Shown one piece after another: positions 1 to 13,940 of a stretch of 64,000 nucleotides of DNA. A program made the position numbers and the translations under genes. This stretch comes from Ruditapes philippinarum (taxonomy: Eukaryota), in the NCBI RefSeq assembly GCF_026571515.1, contig NW_026852031.1, forward strand, positions 434,001-498,000, given 5' to 3'. Numbering within the stretch: position 1 is the stretch's first letter; each line of letters opens with the position of its first letter. The notes below the pieces were generated by a model, which made no database searches, had not been told where the DNA came from, and worked only from the letters and a program-made list of their open reading frames with translations.

Positions 1-2797
1 TTCAATAGCAAAGTTATTTTCAGTTGAAATTGTAAGTTATCACTCAACAAACTTCGAGAGGATCAGATAATATCAACACCTACATAATATTTTCAATCTA
101 GAATTTTTTTTTACAAAAATCATTTAACCTTTTAAATTACTAATTATCAAACTTGAATGACTTGCATTACCAAACTATGATGTTTATAAAAGTGAAGTTT
201 CTATTGCTGTATCACTTGGCAACGGAAGCTTACAATGAAGATAAGGTGTACAATATCAAATTTAATCTAATAGACAATGACATAAAATAAAATTTGATGA
301 GTCATACTGGTTACATGGTAAATTAATAACATAGCTTCATACTAATTGCTGGAAACCCAATTAACCACAATGTCAATTTAAGGGAAGTTAATTTAATTAT
401 AAACAAATGATGTTAAAGAAAAATATTGTTCCATCTATAAATTAATTTATACTAGTATATGTGATTCCAGTAATGTGGACTGAACTTCTTTGGCTCAGTG
501 TAACATAGAGAATGTAAGCTATGTATGACCAATCATTATATAAACCTAGTATACCGCATATCATTTTGTTTGATTTGTTAATATATGGGTTATATTTTTA
601 ATGTCATATGACAATTTTTCAGCTTTAGTGTTGGATTAAGGCATCAAGAGCCTGTCAATCATGAATGTATCATATATTAAGCACAATTAATTACCTGAAC
701 CACTGACCTTGTTTGAGGTAATGTATATATTGTATATTCAGATGAAACTTATGCATAATGATGGTGATGATTAGTAAACAATAGGGATAAACTAACTGTA
801 AACCACTAACTGTGGAGTAGGAATTGAACTAAATATGACAACCTTATTACTAAATGGTTAGTCAGACAAAGGCTGACATGATATAAAAGAAAGAATAGTA
901 GTCACAGAATGATTATAATCATTTTAATGTCACAGATATATATCAAACACTTGTGAAAAAATCAACACAGCAAATCTAGCTGGACAAAATCAACAGCAAT
1001 TTTACATACAAATGGGTAGTACATGTATATACTTAGTTAATATCAAATAATTTACTACCTGTATTCATTATCAGTTTGACATCATAATTCAACATCAAAA
1101 TTTCTGTATTACTTCTAAGTATAAATAATAGATAATACTATGTCAAATAGAAAGTCAGATTTCTTTTAAAATGATGAGGACTGCCAGCATATATTTTTTT
1201 ACAAAACAAATATAACAAAATAAAATAATACAAAAATATTTTTTAACGACTTAAAAAAATATTTGTGAAATTAAACAAACGTCAATATCTCCCGAAGTCG
1301 TTACTTTCATTTATGTTTATAGAACTGCTATACATAAACAAACAATTTAAACATAAACAGTTTTTTTTTAAATATTAAATAAGAAATTCTATACCTGTAC
1401 TCTACAGCTATTTACTCCATTAAAACTCTACTTTTATTAACTGACTCTTTTAACTATAAACTGAAATATAATCCTTGTTTTGTTTTAACTTGGCTATGAA
1501 ATACAAGCTATAATGTTTACAATTTTTGTGTAGGACAGATAATCAGCTACATTTTTCTGTTATCTCCATGGTAGTTCAGCTTGAGTGAGTCAAGTATGAA
1601 TGAAAAACATTTAGCAACAGATACAGTACAGTGTGTATACAGTTTTACATAGAGACATGATTCAACCTTAATCAATATAACACGCTGCTATGTTATATAT
1701 ACTAAGGCACTAAAACACACTTCTTGTGTCAATATAAATAAAACACAGTTATTGTTTTGTATATTATCAACAGTACAGAACTTTGTCCAGTAATTGAGAG
1801 GATTATTGGGGTTAAAATAAATACACTAGTTGAGGATTAAAGTCCTGTAATCAATAATTTCATACACATCGTAACCTTACAATACAGAAATAATGTTTGC
1901 TTAAATTGGCTCAGAATCAAGTAGAGAAAAAAAGTCTTCCTTATTTAACTTTCTTAAGGAAACAAACTGATGTTGAATGACTGAAAGTTACTTTATTTAA
2001 TGTAGATCTCATCTAAAATATCACTTTATTTACCAAATACTCATAATATCATGTGATGGATTTATTACAGACAATGAGACATTTTCTAGGTATTTACGCA
2101 ACAAACATGTCTGATTTAAGAATATATTGAACAGAAACAGGTTTGGTAAGTTGAATGACTAAATACTGACTGCTTGTCATATGATATAAATATATATTAA
2201 TCTGTCATAGTCCACTTACCATGAATACATTATCACATTATGTCTGTATGAATTACCTCCCTTCTATATGCAATCAACATGATTATCTTAATTAGTAAAC
2301 ATGTTGTGACATAGTTTATTGATATAAACTAATGCCAAACAATAGAAGCTTCAATGTAATAAACATTTATAAAGGTAATTTATAATAATTATACAATACT
2401 TTATGCTACCATTATTGAATACAATTATGACACAGAGCCGAGTTTCCCTAACTTTGATTTTAAATTCTGTAAATAAAAAGGAAACCCATGATAATAATGT
2501 ACAACAAATCAATATAAACTCTATAGGGCTGTCCATCATAATAAAGATAGATCTGGTTTACAACATAATGGTAACAAGCTTTTTGTAAGCATAAATTACA
2601 TTTTTTTTCTCAAAAACACTCTTTCACAGTTTCAAGGTTATAAACAGTTCATAAATTCATCAAAGTTACAATAGGAACAAATACATAAACATAACAGAAT
2701 ATTTAGTTCAATGGCAAATTGGACACAACTTATTTCTGGCTTATATTACGAAGACAGGAGGACTTTGAGTTATGTAACAGACATATGATAATAGTCC

Positions 2798-3150
2798 CAG
2801 CGTTTTTTTCTCTACTTTGGGAATGGTACCGGTACCAGACTGATTGGGAAAAAAATGCGTTATTTGACTTAAATTGGAAATTTTTTTATGCATTTTTTCA
2901 GCTACAAATCAGATTAGTCATGATGAATAAAGATAGCTAACAGCTTCTACTGTCTAGATAGAACTATTGAGTGGTGATTTATATAAATATGTTGGATTTA
3001 AATGATTTCAAAGAAATCACTTGGCCTTGTGGGAATTTTGAACAGCCATTTTGGGAATTTAAACATTGGAAATTGGGAATTTTAATGTCTATTTTCTATT
3101 GGGAACAGTACCGTTTTAGGGTAGTAGTTATATAAAGAAAAGAAACACTG
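2798..3150. mobile_element. Non-autonomous TIR element (hAT5-like MITE), copy 1
   Basis: Termini CAGCGTTTTTT...AGAAACACTG. 5-bp TSD AGTCC at 2793-2797 and 3151-3155. Near-identical second copy at 4153-4506. Superfamily inferred from CAG termini plus 5-bp TSD. Confidence 0.8.
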
Positions 3151-4152
3151 AGTCCTAGGTATCAATTTATCAATTAACCATTGTCCATACTTCAAACATT
3201 AGTAAGTTTAAAGTAAAGGGACATAAACTGAGACATCTCTTACAAATACATTTTCACAAGGGCAATGATACCATAAAACTTTTTATAAAAATAAAATTGA
3301 TTTACAATGAGCCGGTGAATTATTGCCGAAAAACTAAGTCCTTAAAGTTGTTGCTTGACTGTTTCAGTAAGTGATTCAGTACCTGTAAAGTATATGTGGA
3401 GATGCAGAATATCATTAGCCAATCTGAGAATACCTTTCTTATGAGGGCATGTATAGATCATCAAGCTACTGTGAAATAAATTTGTTTGTGTCTGACAAAT
3501 CTATGCATATTTGTCAACCGCATACTTCAAATATACTACAAATTTATGAACTTTCGGACTTGATTTTACCCCCACTTTTCCAAGGAAAGGGGTAAAAATA
3601 CCCTAATAACAGGCAGTGGGTACACTGGTTGACCTAACAAATAATATTTATACCAGGCCAATTTGTTAACCAAAGTAAATAATCAGTTGTTTGTTTCAAA
3701 TATTAAAAAAATAATGGTGAAAAGCTTTTTAATTTGAATTATACTGGATGAGAACATTTCTCAATTTTGTCAAAAACAATTCTAGGGGTAGGATTATATT
3801 CTGCAGATCCCAAAATGGTAAGATAAAACTTATTGAACATTCAGCCTTGAATTTTAATATTTACTTTTAAATATTTATTAATAACCATATAATATTTACC
3901 ATGGAAGAATAAGAAAATAAATAAAAATAGAAAGTTTTGGAGACAACCTAGTCTCAGAAAGGAAAGAGGGCGTTTTTATTGGCATCTGAACTTATTCCAT
4001 GTTTCAAATGCGAAAGAAAGTTCAGCAATTTCCTGGCTATATATCTGGAGTAACACTTGATTTTAAATATAATTAGAGAAAACGGAATGAAAGTAAGGTA
4101 TATTCTGGTTGAGACCCTGGGGTCTATTCAAGTACTGGTTTTCCAGATAGTT

Positions 4153-4506
4153 CAGCGTATTTTTTCTCTACTTTGGGAATGGTGCCGGTACCATACTGAT
4201 TGGGAAAAAATGCGTTATTTTGACTAAAATTGGGAATTTTTTTAATGCATTTTTTCAGCTACAAATGAGATTAGACATCATGAATAAAGATAGCTAACAG
4301 CTTCTACTGTCTAGATAGAACTATTGAGTGGTGATTTATATGAATATGTTGGATTTAAATGATTTTAGAAAAATCACTTTGCCTTGTGGGCATTTTGAAC
4401 AGCCATTTTGGGAATTTAACATTGGAAATTGGGAATTTAAATGTCTATTTTCTATTGGGAATGGTACCGTTTTAGGGTAGTAGTTATATAAAGAAAAAAA
4501 ACACTG
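4153..4506. mobile_element. Non-autonomous TIR element (hAT5-like MITE), copy 2
   Basis: Same sequence as 2798-3150 but with a different 5-bp TSD, TAGTT (4148-4152 and 4507-4511), showing an independent insertion. Confidence 0.8.
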
Positions 4507-4530
4507 TAGTTAATCATCAAAGTCTACTAC

Positions 4531-5941
4531 CAGGGCCCTCAATCTACAAAGTCTGCTTTTTTTCCCTTAAACAGAAGCAAAAATTCCCTCAAAACATAAT
4601 ATATAAATTCAATTAAAAAAAGTTTGAAAAGTTATGCTGTTTTTGACAATTAAAATTGATCTGTCTTTTTGTCAGTGGAATAGTGCATGTTTACACCGTT
4701 TCACATCGTTCGATCATCAATGTTTGTTCTCAAAATGTATCAAAATAGCAGGTTGTATCATAGTTCTGGCATCCATAACTTTATATGTTGCTTTTATTTT
4801 TACGTTGTGCAACAGTAAAGTTATGGGTCAACCCTATTTGCAAAGGCTACCAGCATTTGGCAGTTTGTGTGCCGTACATAAAAACCTATTAAAATCACCC
4901 TTATTAATCAAATTTGGGTCAAATAAAAATACCATTTGATTAACAAATCAATTTTGAATCAATTCATGTTTTTTTTTTAAATGAAACTTCAATGACATTG
5001 TGTACCCAACTATTTGTAAGGAAAATATGTAGAGAATGTTTACCAATATGGAGTCTGCTTTCAAATGAAATCTCACAGGACTTCAAGTTTTTGGAATTCT
5101 AGCATCTATTTTTTAAAGTAAGTGTACGATTTTAAATAAAAACAAACAAATAATTCATGAATCATCACTCAAAACAATATAAATCCAACATATTTTTGGT
5201 ACAATGTCTGTTATTGAATAAATACACCGTTATTCATAATTGCAAAGCCATGTAGCATTTGGGTCACAGATCACCAAATGTCATGCAAAGGTATCTAAAC
5301 CTAAATTCTTGCTAGTCACGTGATAATTAGGGCAGCAATGGTGGTGAATTTTATGAAATGTGAACTCACTGATAAACTTTGAGGCATTATTTCATCAATC
5401 TAACATTCTGTGTTCAAAAATATAGACTACAGAGTCCCAAATATATCTAACTACCTGTATTAAAAAAGCTTTTGTCCAGATCACACAAATTTATTGAATT
5501 ACAGCATGACATTAATATGTCACAGTTCTGGTTGACTTTCAATACAGGATTGGCTTCAGCGAACAGGTCTAGTATAAAACCTGTTCGTTGAAGTCTCTTA
5601 AGCTAGTCGTATCAGAAAAAACCACTGATATTTACCTGGTAGTTTATTGATATTTTAAAAGGAAATGAAACAAAATACCCCCAGGGCTTTTTTTCACTGG
5701 TTGGGGAAGCAGCCCTGCCCTTAATTTTGGGGGAAAATACACAAAATATTTGTCAAGGGAAAGAAAAAACTCGATGTAAATTCATTTTTTGGGGGAAAAC
5801 TGCATGATTTCAAAGAATTTTTCTTTGGGGAAGCAGCCCTATAACGGCCCCTGCTATAGAAGGAAAAAAACCTGCCCCCACACACTAAAATTCCCTGTTT
5901 TGGGTAGCGAACCACTTCCCCCAAACTGGATTGAGAGCCTG
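4531..5941. mobile_element. ~1.4-kb non-autonomous TIR (hAT-like) element containing a nested ~190-bp MITE at 5682-5874
   Basis: Imperfect TIRs CAGGGCCCTCAATC / GATTGAGAGCCTG, flanked by TACTAC / GACTAC. The inner unit CAGGGCTTTTTTTTC...GGAAAAAAACCTG is flanked by C-runs. Confidence 0.55.
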
Positions 5942-6489
5942 GACTACATTGTGCATGATGTAGAAATATTTTATAATAGAATAATTAAAATAAAGAAAAA
6001 ATTTCATAAGTCATTATGAGCACAATATATGGTTACAAATTTTATCACTCGTAATAACTTGTAATCAACAGAAACCAAGTCATTATTGCAAAGCAATTTC
6101 AATCTGAGACAGGTAGGATCATTTTACCTTGACACCGTTTCAACAGAAGCACACTATTTTGTTTGTATTTTTTTATGAAATACGCCTACTTTAACAATTT
6201 ATGTCCGATTTTTTCACATAAAATTCAACAAATACAATAAAAAGTATTAAATTTATAAATTTACTTACATCTTGAAACATAAATATATCAAAATTCACAT
6301 TTTTCTACATCATCGGTCATCTTGTTTTGATTTCTGACACTCGTAACATGATGCCCAGCTATTTTTAGCAACCATCGTCACGAAAAGCATGCACCGTGAT
6401 TATATATTAATGCTTTCTACAACTTTTATCATAATGCAATATTTCACATTCGAATAAACTTTAAAAACTTGAAATTATAAACAGAAACT

Positions 6490-6850
6490 ACTTACACCGC
6501 TTTGCACATGTGAAACTAGCATTTCGTGTGGGCTACCAAAATGTTAATGAATAATGTGTGACGTCATATTACGCGGTATCTGGAAAGCCCTGTTTTGACA
6601 CGAAAGAGGCAGACAGGGGTGTTTTAGAGTTTACTTCCCGCCACTTTTTAAATATGGGCACCATCTCTAGCATGTTAAACTCAAAATTGTAATTTGTCCC
6701 AAATATTTTCATTAAATTTTTAAGTATTCGAAAATATTCGTGCAGGTGACCATGATGTTTTAATAATTTAAGCTTATTATATCGATTCTATTAAAGAAAT
6801 TTGGAAGATAATCATGGAGATCTAAAACTCGATGTTTAAAATGGCGTTGA
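6490..6850 (-). promoter_or_regulatory. Possible promoter/first exon of a leftward-transcribed gene
   Basis: CpG-richer patch with CRE TGACGTCA (6559-6566), E2F-like TTCCCGCC (6635-6642) and YY1-like AAAATGGCG (6838-6846). Minus-strand GTAAGT donors near 6495 and 6267. No coding exon identified. Confidence 0.3.
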
Positions 6851-6972
6851 CTCTAGGACATGGACGAATTAAGGGCACCGACGACTAACCCTAATCCTAA
6901 TATCATAACCCTATTTAAAAAAGATAGATCTAGATCTATACTCACTACTCAGTAGTCACAATATTAATGTAA

Positions 6973-8625
6973 AATAGAGAAAAACAGAATCCCTAAGGAA
7001 CGCCAAAAACGACAAAATTGAAAATGTAGGCTTGGTTTGATTGAACCTGTTCAGAAAGTGCAAGTTACCATCCACGCCCCCTAGCACCGGCTCTTAAGCA
7101 GAATTCAACATTTAAACATGAAAATGGTGAAATTTTGAATGTAGAAACATCCGCATATTTGTTCATAAGGCGGTTTATCATGGAACCTTCAATGTGACAT
7201 GTTAGTGGCATTCCATGAAAAGCGGCGTATGGTCCTCAATTAAAGAAATGCGTGTGCCCTAAATGAGAAAACAATGCGCGAAACTAAATAAAATGGAATT
7301 TTGAAAGGGGATCTGAGGTTATGAAGCCTGCATATCACAGATAAGACGTCAAAAGACAAATTTAAAAAGCAGGCAACATATCCTAAGGGTGATTATACAG
7401 TATTGATAATTCAAGTAGGAATACTGGAACCACCCAAGTTGAAAAAGGCCAAATAGAAGAAACTAAAAATACCACATATCATGCATACACAACAATAATG
7501 TCGTGCTGAACGATCTTCAATGATCGAAAATATAACATCTTTGATTATATGTACGGGGCGACTTTTTACAGCCTCCACACGGCACAAATAACACTGATGT
7601 GGCAATAAAATAGAAAAAAAAAACAGAACCCCTAAAGAACGTCCAGAACGACCAAATTGAAAACGTTGCAGACTCGGTTTGATTGATCCTGATCAAAACG
7701 CTAAATTTTTAAAAAGCAGAATCCCTAAAGATAGCTATAGCCCAACACGGCAACACTGAAAGTGTTGCTAAAGCACGGTGCGTAATCGTTTCGGGCTGAT
7801 TTGGAATATTTCCCCGTTCCTGAACTGATTTGGATTTATGACACCGGATTGATTAAGATAAAGTGGATTTTGAGCTAGACAAGGTAAGAACATTTAAAAA
7901 AACACATTTACAACTGATATTCTTTGAATATTCTACTTGCACGGAACATTGCTATGTTAAAAGAATTCGTAACGGTATACAACTTTATAAATATGATAAA
8001 CAAGATCAACAAGGAAATTCGGCGTTCAATGAACTCAACCACCACACGACCTAGCAACAAGAACCATAGGCAAGAAGCCCAGGCGGACCCCAAACAAAAA
8101 CAGGACAGGACACAAGGCAGAGTACGGACAGGCTAATCACTAAAATGATAAATAATTTGAAGCTGACGAGGAACTCAAAGAAAACTAATAATTGATCAAA
8201 TAATAGGAAATAATTTGCACCTGACAAGGAATTGAAAGAAAACAAATAAATGACTGAAAACAGGCAGACATACGACATAACATGTATACACAACAATTAT
8301 GTAAAGCTGAACGATCTTCAAAGATCGAAAATATAACATCTTTGATTAAATGTACGGGAAGACTTTTAACGGCCGCCACACGGCACAAATAACACTGATG
8401 TGACTATAAAATAGAGACAAACAGACTCCCTAAAGAAAGCCCAACACGGCCAACCACCAAACTAGAAAAAAAGACCAAATAGAAGGAACTATAAAAGTAT
8501 CGCAGCAAATTTTGTAGTACTGAACGATCTTCAAGGATTGAAAATAAAACACCTTTCATTATAAGTATGAGCGACTTTTTTACGGCCGCCACACGTCACA
8601 AATAACACTGACGTGACCATACAAT
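6973..8625 (-). repeat. Cluster of ~630-bp structured repeat family (family A), one full unit plus partial tandem copies
   Basis: Reverse complement of the 38511-39549 unit. The unit restarts near 7608, and sub-blocks recur at ~8270-8470 and 8470-8620. Confidence 0.8.
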
Positions 8626-9181
8626 GCAGAATCTACTTAAAGACAACCTCCTTCCAAATAATGGTTAGAAATTCAAACATAGGGCCTATTATTCAAATAT
8701 CCCTACTTATTTATAAAATTAAGTATAAAGAAATAAGGCAGAGTTCTATCATAGCTCCTTCCAAATATTTTAAAGATATACTATGCTCATCTTTTGGTAA
8801 AATACTTTTATTTGCAGACATTTATTGAAATCTAGTAAATGCTTCCTTATATGTCTAATTTGAATCAGTGAATGTATATAAACTATGGTTGGAAAGCTGC
8901 AATTTCCTATTACTTGCAAAGTTAATTTGGTCTATTCTTATAAAAAAAAACTGCCATTTTTTTATGACACTTTGCAATCATAATGTGATTACCTGTAGTG
9001 TGTAGAGTGTAAACCATTACCTACCTTCAAATGATGTTTGTTTTACATTTCAAATGAGAGTGTAAAGTAAAATTTTACTATTTTTTTCAAATTTCAAATT
9101 TGAGCATTATATAACTATATATATAAATATCCATTTAGACAAAAACACATAGTAGTTCTAGATCTAGAATTTAATATGATG

Positions 9182-10700
9182 TTTGTGTCGCCTCTACAGA
9201 GTAGTGGCGACATATAAGGGTGACCACCGTCGTCTGTCTGTCTGTCTGTCTGTCTGACTGACTGACTGTCCGTCGCAAAACTTGTCAGGACTACTCCTCA
9301 AAAACTACTGGTGTACTTTCATCCAAATTTTACAGCTAAAATCAACAAGGAAAGGCGGCGTTCAATGAATGCACCCCCCACACACGACCCAGTTCCATGA
9401 GCCCAGGAGGCTAGTCGTGCATATCGTCGGCATTTTCCTGTATTGATTTTCTGTTAGAGGTATGGCCCTTTAATGATTTTCATTTTTTAAATTTTGTCAG
9501 GACTTATCCCCTTATACCACTATTCACTATTGCAATTTCAATGAAACGTTACAGGATTAACTCAAGTACATTGTACTTGCGCATATTACACGGGTTTTCC
9601 GCTTGAATGATTTATATTCGAGTTATTGCTCTCAGATAAAAAAAAGAAGGTGTTTTTGTGTTGCCAGCTACACAGACGCTTGTCTGACATACTCCTCAGA
9701 AACTACTGGTACAATTTCATCCAAACAATTTTACAGGAATGATCAGTACCAAGTCTAGTTGTGCATGTCATCAGCATTTTTCGGTTCAATGATTTTTGTC
9801 AGAGTTCGGCCCTTTGATGATTTTAATTTTCAAAATTTGTCCAAAGTACTCCTCTTATATACATTGTATCTAATGCAATTTCTATAAAAACAAACTTTAC
9901 AAGATTTATCTTAGCTCAAGGACTTCCCCATTAACACGGATTTTGTGGTTGAATAATTTTGGGCTGAATTATGGCCCTTGAATAAAACAGTTTGTATGGA
10001 CTACTCCTCTAGTAATACCATTAACGCAATTTTAATGACACTTTACAGGATTTATCGGTAGCTCAAAAACTAGCGCATATTACATTGGTTTTCCCCTTGA
10101 ATGATTTTTGGCCGAATTATGGCCCTTGAACAAAAACCTTCAATGTAACAATGCTATTCCATCAAAAGCGGCGTATGATCTCCAAGTAAAGTGCGTGTGC
10201 CCTAAACGAAAAAACAATGAGCGGAACTAAATGGAATGTTATTTTGGTATGAAATATGATGAACAAGATCAACAAGGAAAGGCGGCGTTCATTGAAGCCT
10301 GCATATCACAGATAAGACGTCAAAAGACAAATTTAAAAAAGCAGGCAACATATCCTAAGGGTTCAAGTAGGAATACTGGAACCACCCAAGTTGAAAAATG
10401 CCAAATGGATGAAACTTAAAATACCACATAACATGTATTCACAACAATAAAGTCATGCTGAACGATCTTCAAGGATCGAAAATATAACATCTTTAATTCT
10501 AGTTGTGTATATCATGGGCATTTCTGGTTCATTGATTTTAGTCAGCGTTCTGGCTTTTTAATAATTTTTATTTTTAAAATTTGTCCGGATTTATACCGCT
10601 AATGCAGTATCAATGAAACTTTAATCGGTAGCTCAAGTACTTGCACATTATAGTTGAATGATTTTTGTCTGAATTATGGCCCTTTTTAAATGGCATTGCG
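9182..10700. mobile_element. Helentron-associated/DINE-like (HINE-type) non-autonomous element with (GTCT)n/(GACT)n and ~150-bp internal tandem repeats; family A fragments inserted at ~9340-9410 and 10139-10495
   Basis: TTGTGTCGCC...GGCGACATA start, GTCY microsatellite at 9231-9270, repeated units GACTACTCCTC...TTTACAGGA...GAATGATTTTTG...TATGGCCCTT. Classification from architecture only. Confidence 0.6.
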
Positions 10701-11399
10701 GGTCGAATAGAACAAATATTTTCTACATAATTACATTAATTGGACAGACAAAAGTCCTAGATCTTATTAATAGTAGAATCTAGTCTAGTTGTATTATTTA
10801 TTTATTTTTTATTCTTTTTTGCGGACCGAATTGATTCGTGACAAAAACTTTGACCTTTTACTTATGTGCACGTGATCACAGCTGTAAAATTAACTTTGGC
10901 CAGTGATGTTTTCAGATTGTCATGAATTTGAAACTTCTCTTGTTTATCATATTTTATGTTGTTTTTTTTCTTCTTTTTTTATAAATGGGGTTGAATCTTT
11001 ATTCGGAACTTAATCGTATTTTAGATGTATATATTTATGTTTAACATGTGTAACAAAAAATGGATACAGCTCTATTTTTTGTTTCGTCTATATGAAAAGA
11101 CTGACCAATGAGTGAGGAATCTCGAACATCAATATTTTAAAAAACCTCTGTACCCCCTTTCTTCTTTCCCGCCGTCCGAAATCATCTTTCCTGGAAGTTT
11201 TTTCTACCCTGTAGATAGAAACTAGATTAGTTTTGTTACTGTATTTTATTTTGTTGCCCAATTTATGCTACAGCTATTCTTAATTTGCACATTCTTTCTA
11301 GAAGCATGATGCCAGTTGTGGCAGAACGGGAAGTTTAAATGGGGCTCAAACTCGAGATTCATAGACCCAGACATAAATATCTGTACATATCATAATAAA

Positions 11400-11950
11400 G
11401 AAAAAAACATAATCCCTGAAGGGTGTCAAAAACGACAAAACTGAAAATATTGCAGGCTCGGCCTGTTCATGCACGGTACTAGATCTAGTAAGTGCACGCC
11501 CCTAGCACCGGCTTCATTCAACCACGAAAATGGTGAAACTTTGAGTAAGAAACATCCGCAGATGTGTTTATGACATGCATCCTCTGTTTGTTTACATGAT
11601 ATAGTTCTATATAATAGTGAGAAATAAAGAATCCCTTAAGAAAGTCCAAAACGACAAAATTGTAGATCTAAATGTTGCAGGCTCGGTTTGATTGAGCCTG
11701 AATCATGGACGGTAATGGAAAGTGCTAGTTACCGACCACAGGCGTTCGGCACATTCGCCATGTCAATAATGGTCCATATCATATAATAATCACTCCATAG
11801 ATCTATATAAAATATATACATTTTATATAATAAACGTGTGGTGAATAGTAATTTTGTACTTGATGATCAAGGGGTGATTATTTTATGATAATTGGACCTA
11901 TTGACATGGAAAATGTGCCGAACGCCTGTGTTACCGTCCACGCACCCCCC
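11400..11950 (-). repeat. Family A fragments (interrupted by a MITE)
   Basis: CAGGCTCGGTTTGATTGAGCCTG and CATGGACGGTAA...TTACCGTCCACG motifs shared with other copies. Confidence 0.7.
11737..11930. mobile_element. 194-bp MITE, P-element-like termini
   Basis: TIR CACAGGCGTTCGGCACATT...AATGTGCCGAACGCCTGTG. 8-bp TSD TTACCGAC/TTACCGTC (11729-11736, 11931-11938; one mismatch). Confidence 0.8.
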
Positions 11951-12465
11951 ACTTACTTACATGTTATATGACAATACTCATGTTGCTAAGAAGAATGAGT
12001 TCTTTTCTTTTTTCTCTTTCTCTTTTTGTGAGGTCCAATTTAGTAGGGATTTGGATGCGCTTGGGACTGGACTAACAAGAAGAATATTAGAAAATCTACC
12101 TAATGTGTGTAGCTGTAGCTATATGTATGATGTTAGTGTAATTAGGTTAATCAAAAAGTCGTAAAATAATTTCTAAAAAAGTTGTAAAAAAAAATTTATT
12201 GTGAGAGAGACGATATTTTAGATTCTGAGTGCCGTGTGCAGCTAAAAAGTTGCTCTGAATTTAATGTACGGTACCTTGTTGAAATATTTTTTGGTCCATC
12301 GGCATCCTTGATTCCAGCATGTTACTGTTGGAGATTGAATATACTTTTCTTCCGCTAAAGCCGGTGTTGGGGGAGGGGGGTCAGGAGATGGTGCACTTTT
12401 ACATCAATTGAAAACAACCAGCAGTGCCTAAAATTACCATAATGACCTCGTTATGCACAGTATAG

Positions 12466-12755
12466 TAGTGGTGTGGTGTGGTGTGGTGTGGTGTGGTGGT
12501 GTGATGTTGTGGTGTGGTGTGGTGGTGTGTTGTGGTGTGGTGGTGTGTTGTGGTGTGGTGGATGTGGTGGGGTGTGTTGTGGTTGTGGTTGTGGTGTTGT
12601 GGTGTGGTGTTGTGTGGTGTGGTGTTGTGGTGTTGTGTGATGTGGTTGTGTTGTGGTGTTGTGGTGTGGTGTGTTGTGGTGGGTGTGGTGTGGTGTTGTG
12701 TGGTGTGTTGTGGTGTTGTGGTGTGGTGTGGTATGGTGTGGTGTGGTGTGGTATG
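12466..12755. repeat. Compound (GTGTG/GTTGTG)n microsatellite
   Basis: Directly visible low-complexity G/T repeat. It explains three spurious ORFs. Confidence 0.95.
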
Positions 12756-13509
12756 GTATATAACTAGTATAGCTCCATGTAATCAAATTTCAGATTATTC
12801 GTTCCAAATGTATTAAACAGTTCTTATCTCCCACTTTCGTGTCCAAACGATCTATTGCTTATTAATAAGCATTTCTGTTCCTTGTTCTTGCATTTTAACT
12901 GGAAGGAACAAGTCTAGTTTCCAGTCTGAATTGCATTTTATTTTTTAATTCACTTCTATGAACACCATTTTTGTTACAAAGACTTTACAGATACTTGACA
13001 TATGGTAAATATGATAAGTTGAGGATCTCGTGTAAAACGTGAAATTCTTAAGCTGTACTTAAAATTTATGTTATTACATTTATCATGTAATGTTGTACTG
13101 TAGAATAACCTAAGGGAGTTAAATTTTGTTTACGAAGTAGCAACGCGATATGGTGAATTATTGACCTTTCATTGCAAATAAAGAACATTTAGAAATAATT
13201 TACAACGATGTGACGATGTGGAACATGTAATTTAAGAGGTAGCCTAATTAAAAGAAGAGCTGAGCTAGGAAGTAATTGGTTTAAAAAAACAAAACAAAAC
13301 TACTAATCCAAAGAATAAAAACATAAACCTAATTTATATTTGCATATATGTTTAATGTTTAGTATTGTTTGTTTTTTTAATAAACATGTTTTAGAACTTA
13401 TGTAAATGTTATTAGAACTATGGGTGTCTTGATAACAAAAGAATTGTGGTTCGATTTGAGAATCGTAAGTGCTCGGATTGTCACTTATCCGACGATCTAC
13501 ACCCCTACA

Positions 13510-13940
13510 CAATGGCAATATACTACACCGTGATATATAATGGTGATCTACCACACTGTGCTATATAATGGCGATATTCTACACTGTGATATAAAATGGC
13601 GATATACAAAACCGAGATATACAATGGCGATATACTAAACCGTGATATATAATGGTGATCTACCACACTGTGATATATAATGGCGATATACCACACCGTG
13701 ATATTTAATGGTGATGCACTACACTTTGATATATAATGGCGATATACCACACTGTGATATATAATGGCGATATACCACACCGTGATATTTAATGGTGATG
13801 CACTACACTGTGATATACCATGGCGATATACCACACTGTGATATATAATGGCGATATACCACACCGTGATATTTAATGGTGATGCACTACACCATGATAT
13901 ACCATGGCGATATAGTATACCGTGAGACAACAATGCGATA
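13510..13940. repeat. 28-bp minisatellite with 84-bp higher-order repeat
   Basis: Unit CCACACTGTGATATATAATGGCGATATA. Variant triplets recur every 84 bp, giving the 28-aa repeat in spurious ORF 13523-13933. Confidence 0.9.

Noticed and set aside
1-6500. Coding exons of a leftward gene
   Set aside because: Several splice-like signals are present, but no consistent open, recognisable exon chain could be assembled.
8160-8190. CTGACGAG...GAAA as a hammerhead ribozyme core
   Set aside because: I could not build stems I-III, and the motif was not seen in other copies.
12451-12816. His/Thr-rich and Val/Cys/Trp-rich ORFs
   Set aside because: They are translations of a GT-rich microsatellite.
13510-13940. 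CRISPR-like 28-bp periodicity and 136-aa repeat ORF
   Set aside because: There are no unique spacers and no cas genes, and the context is eukaryotic. It is a minisatellite.
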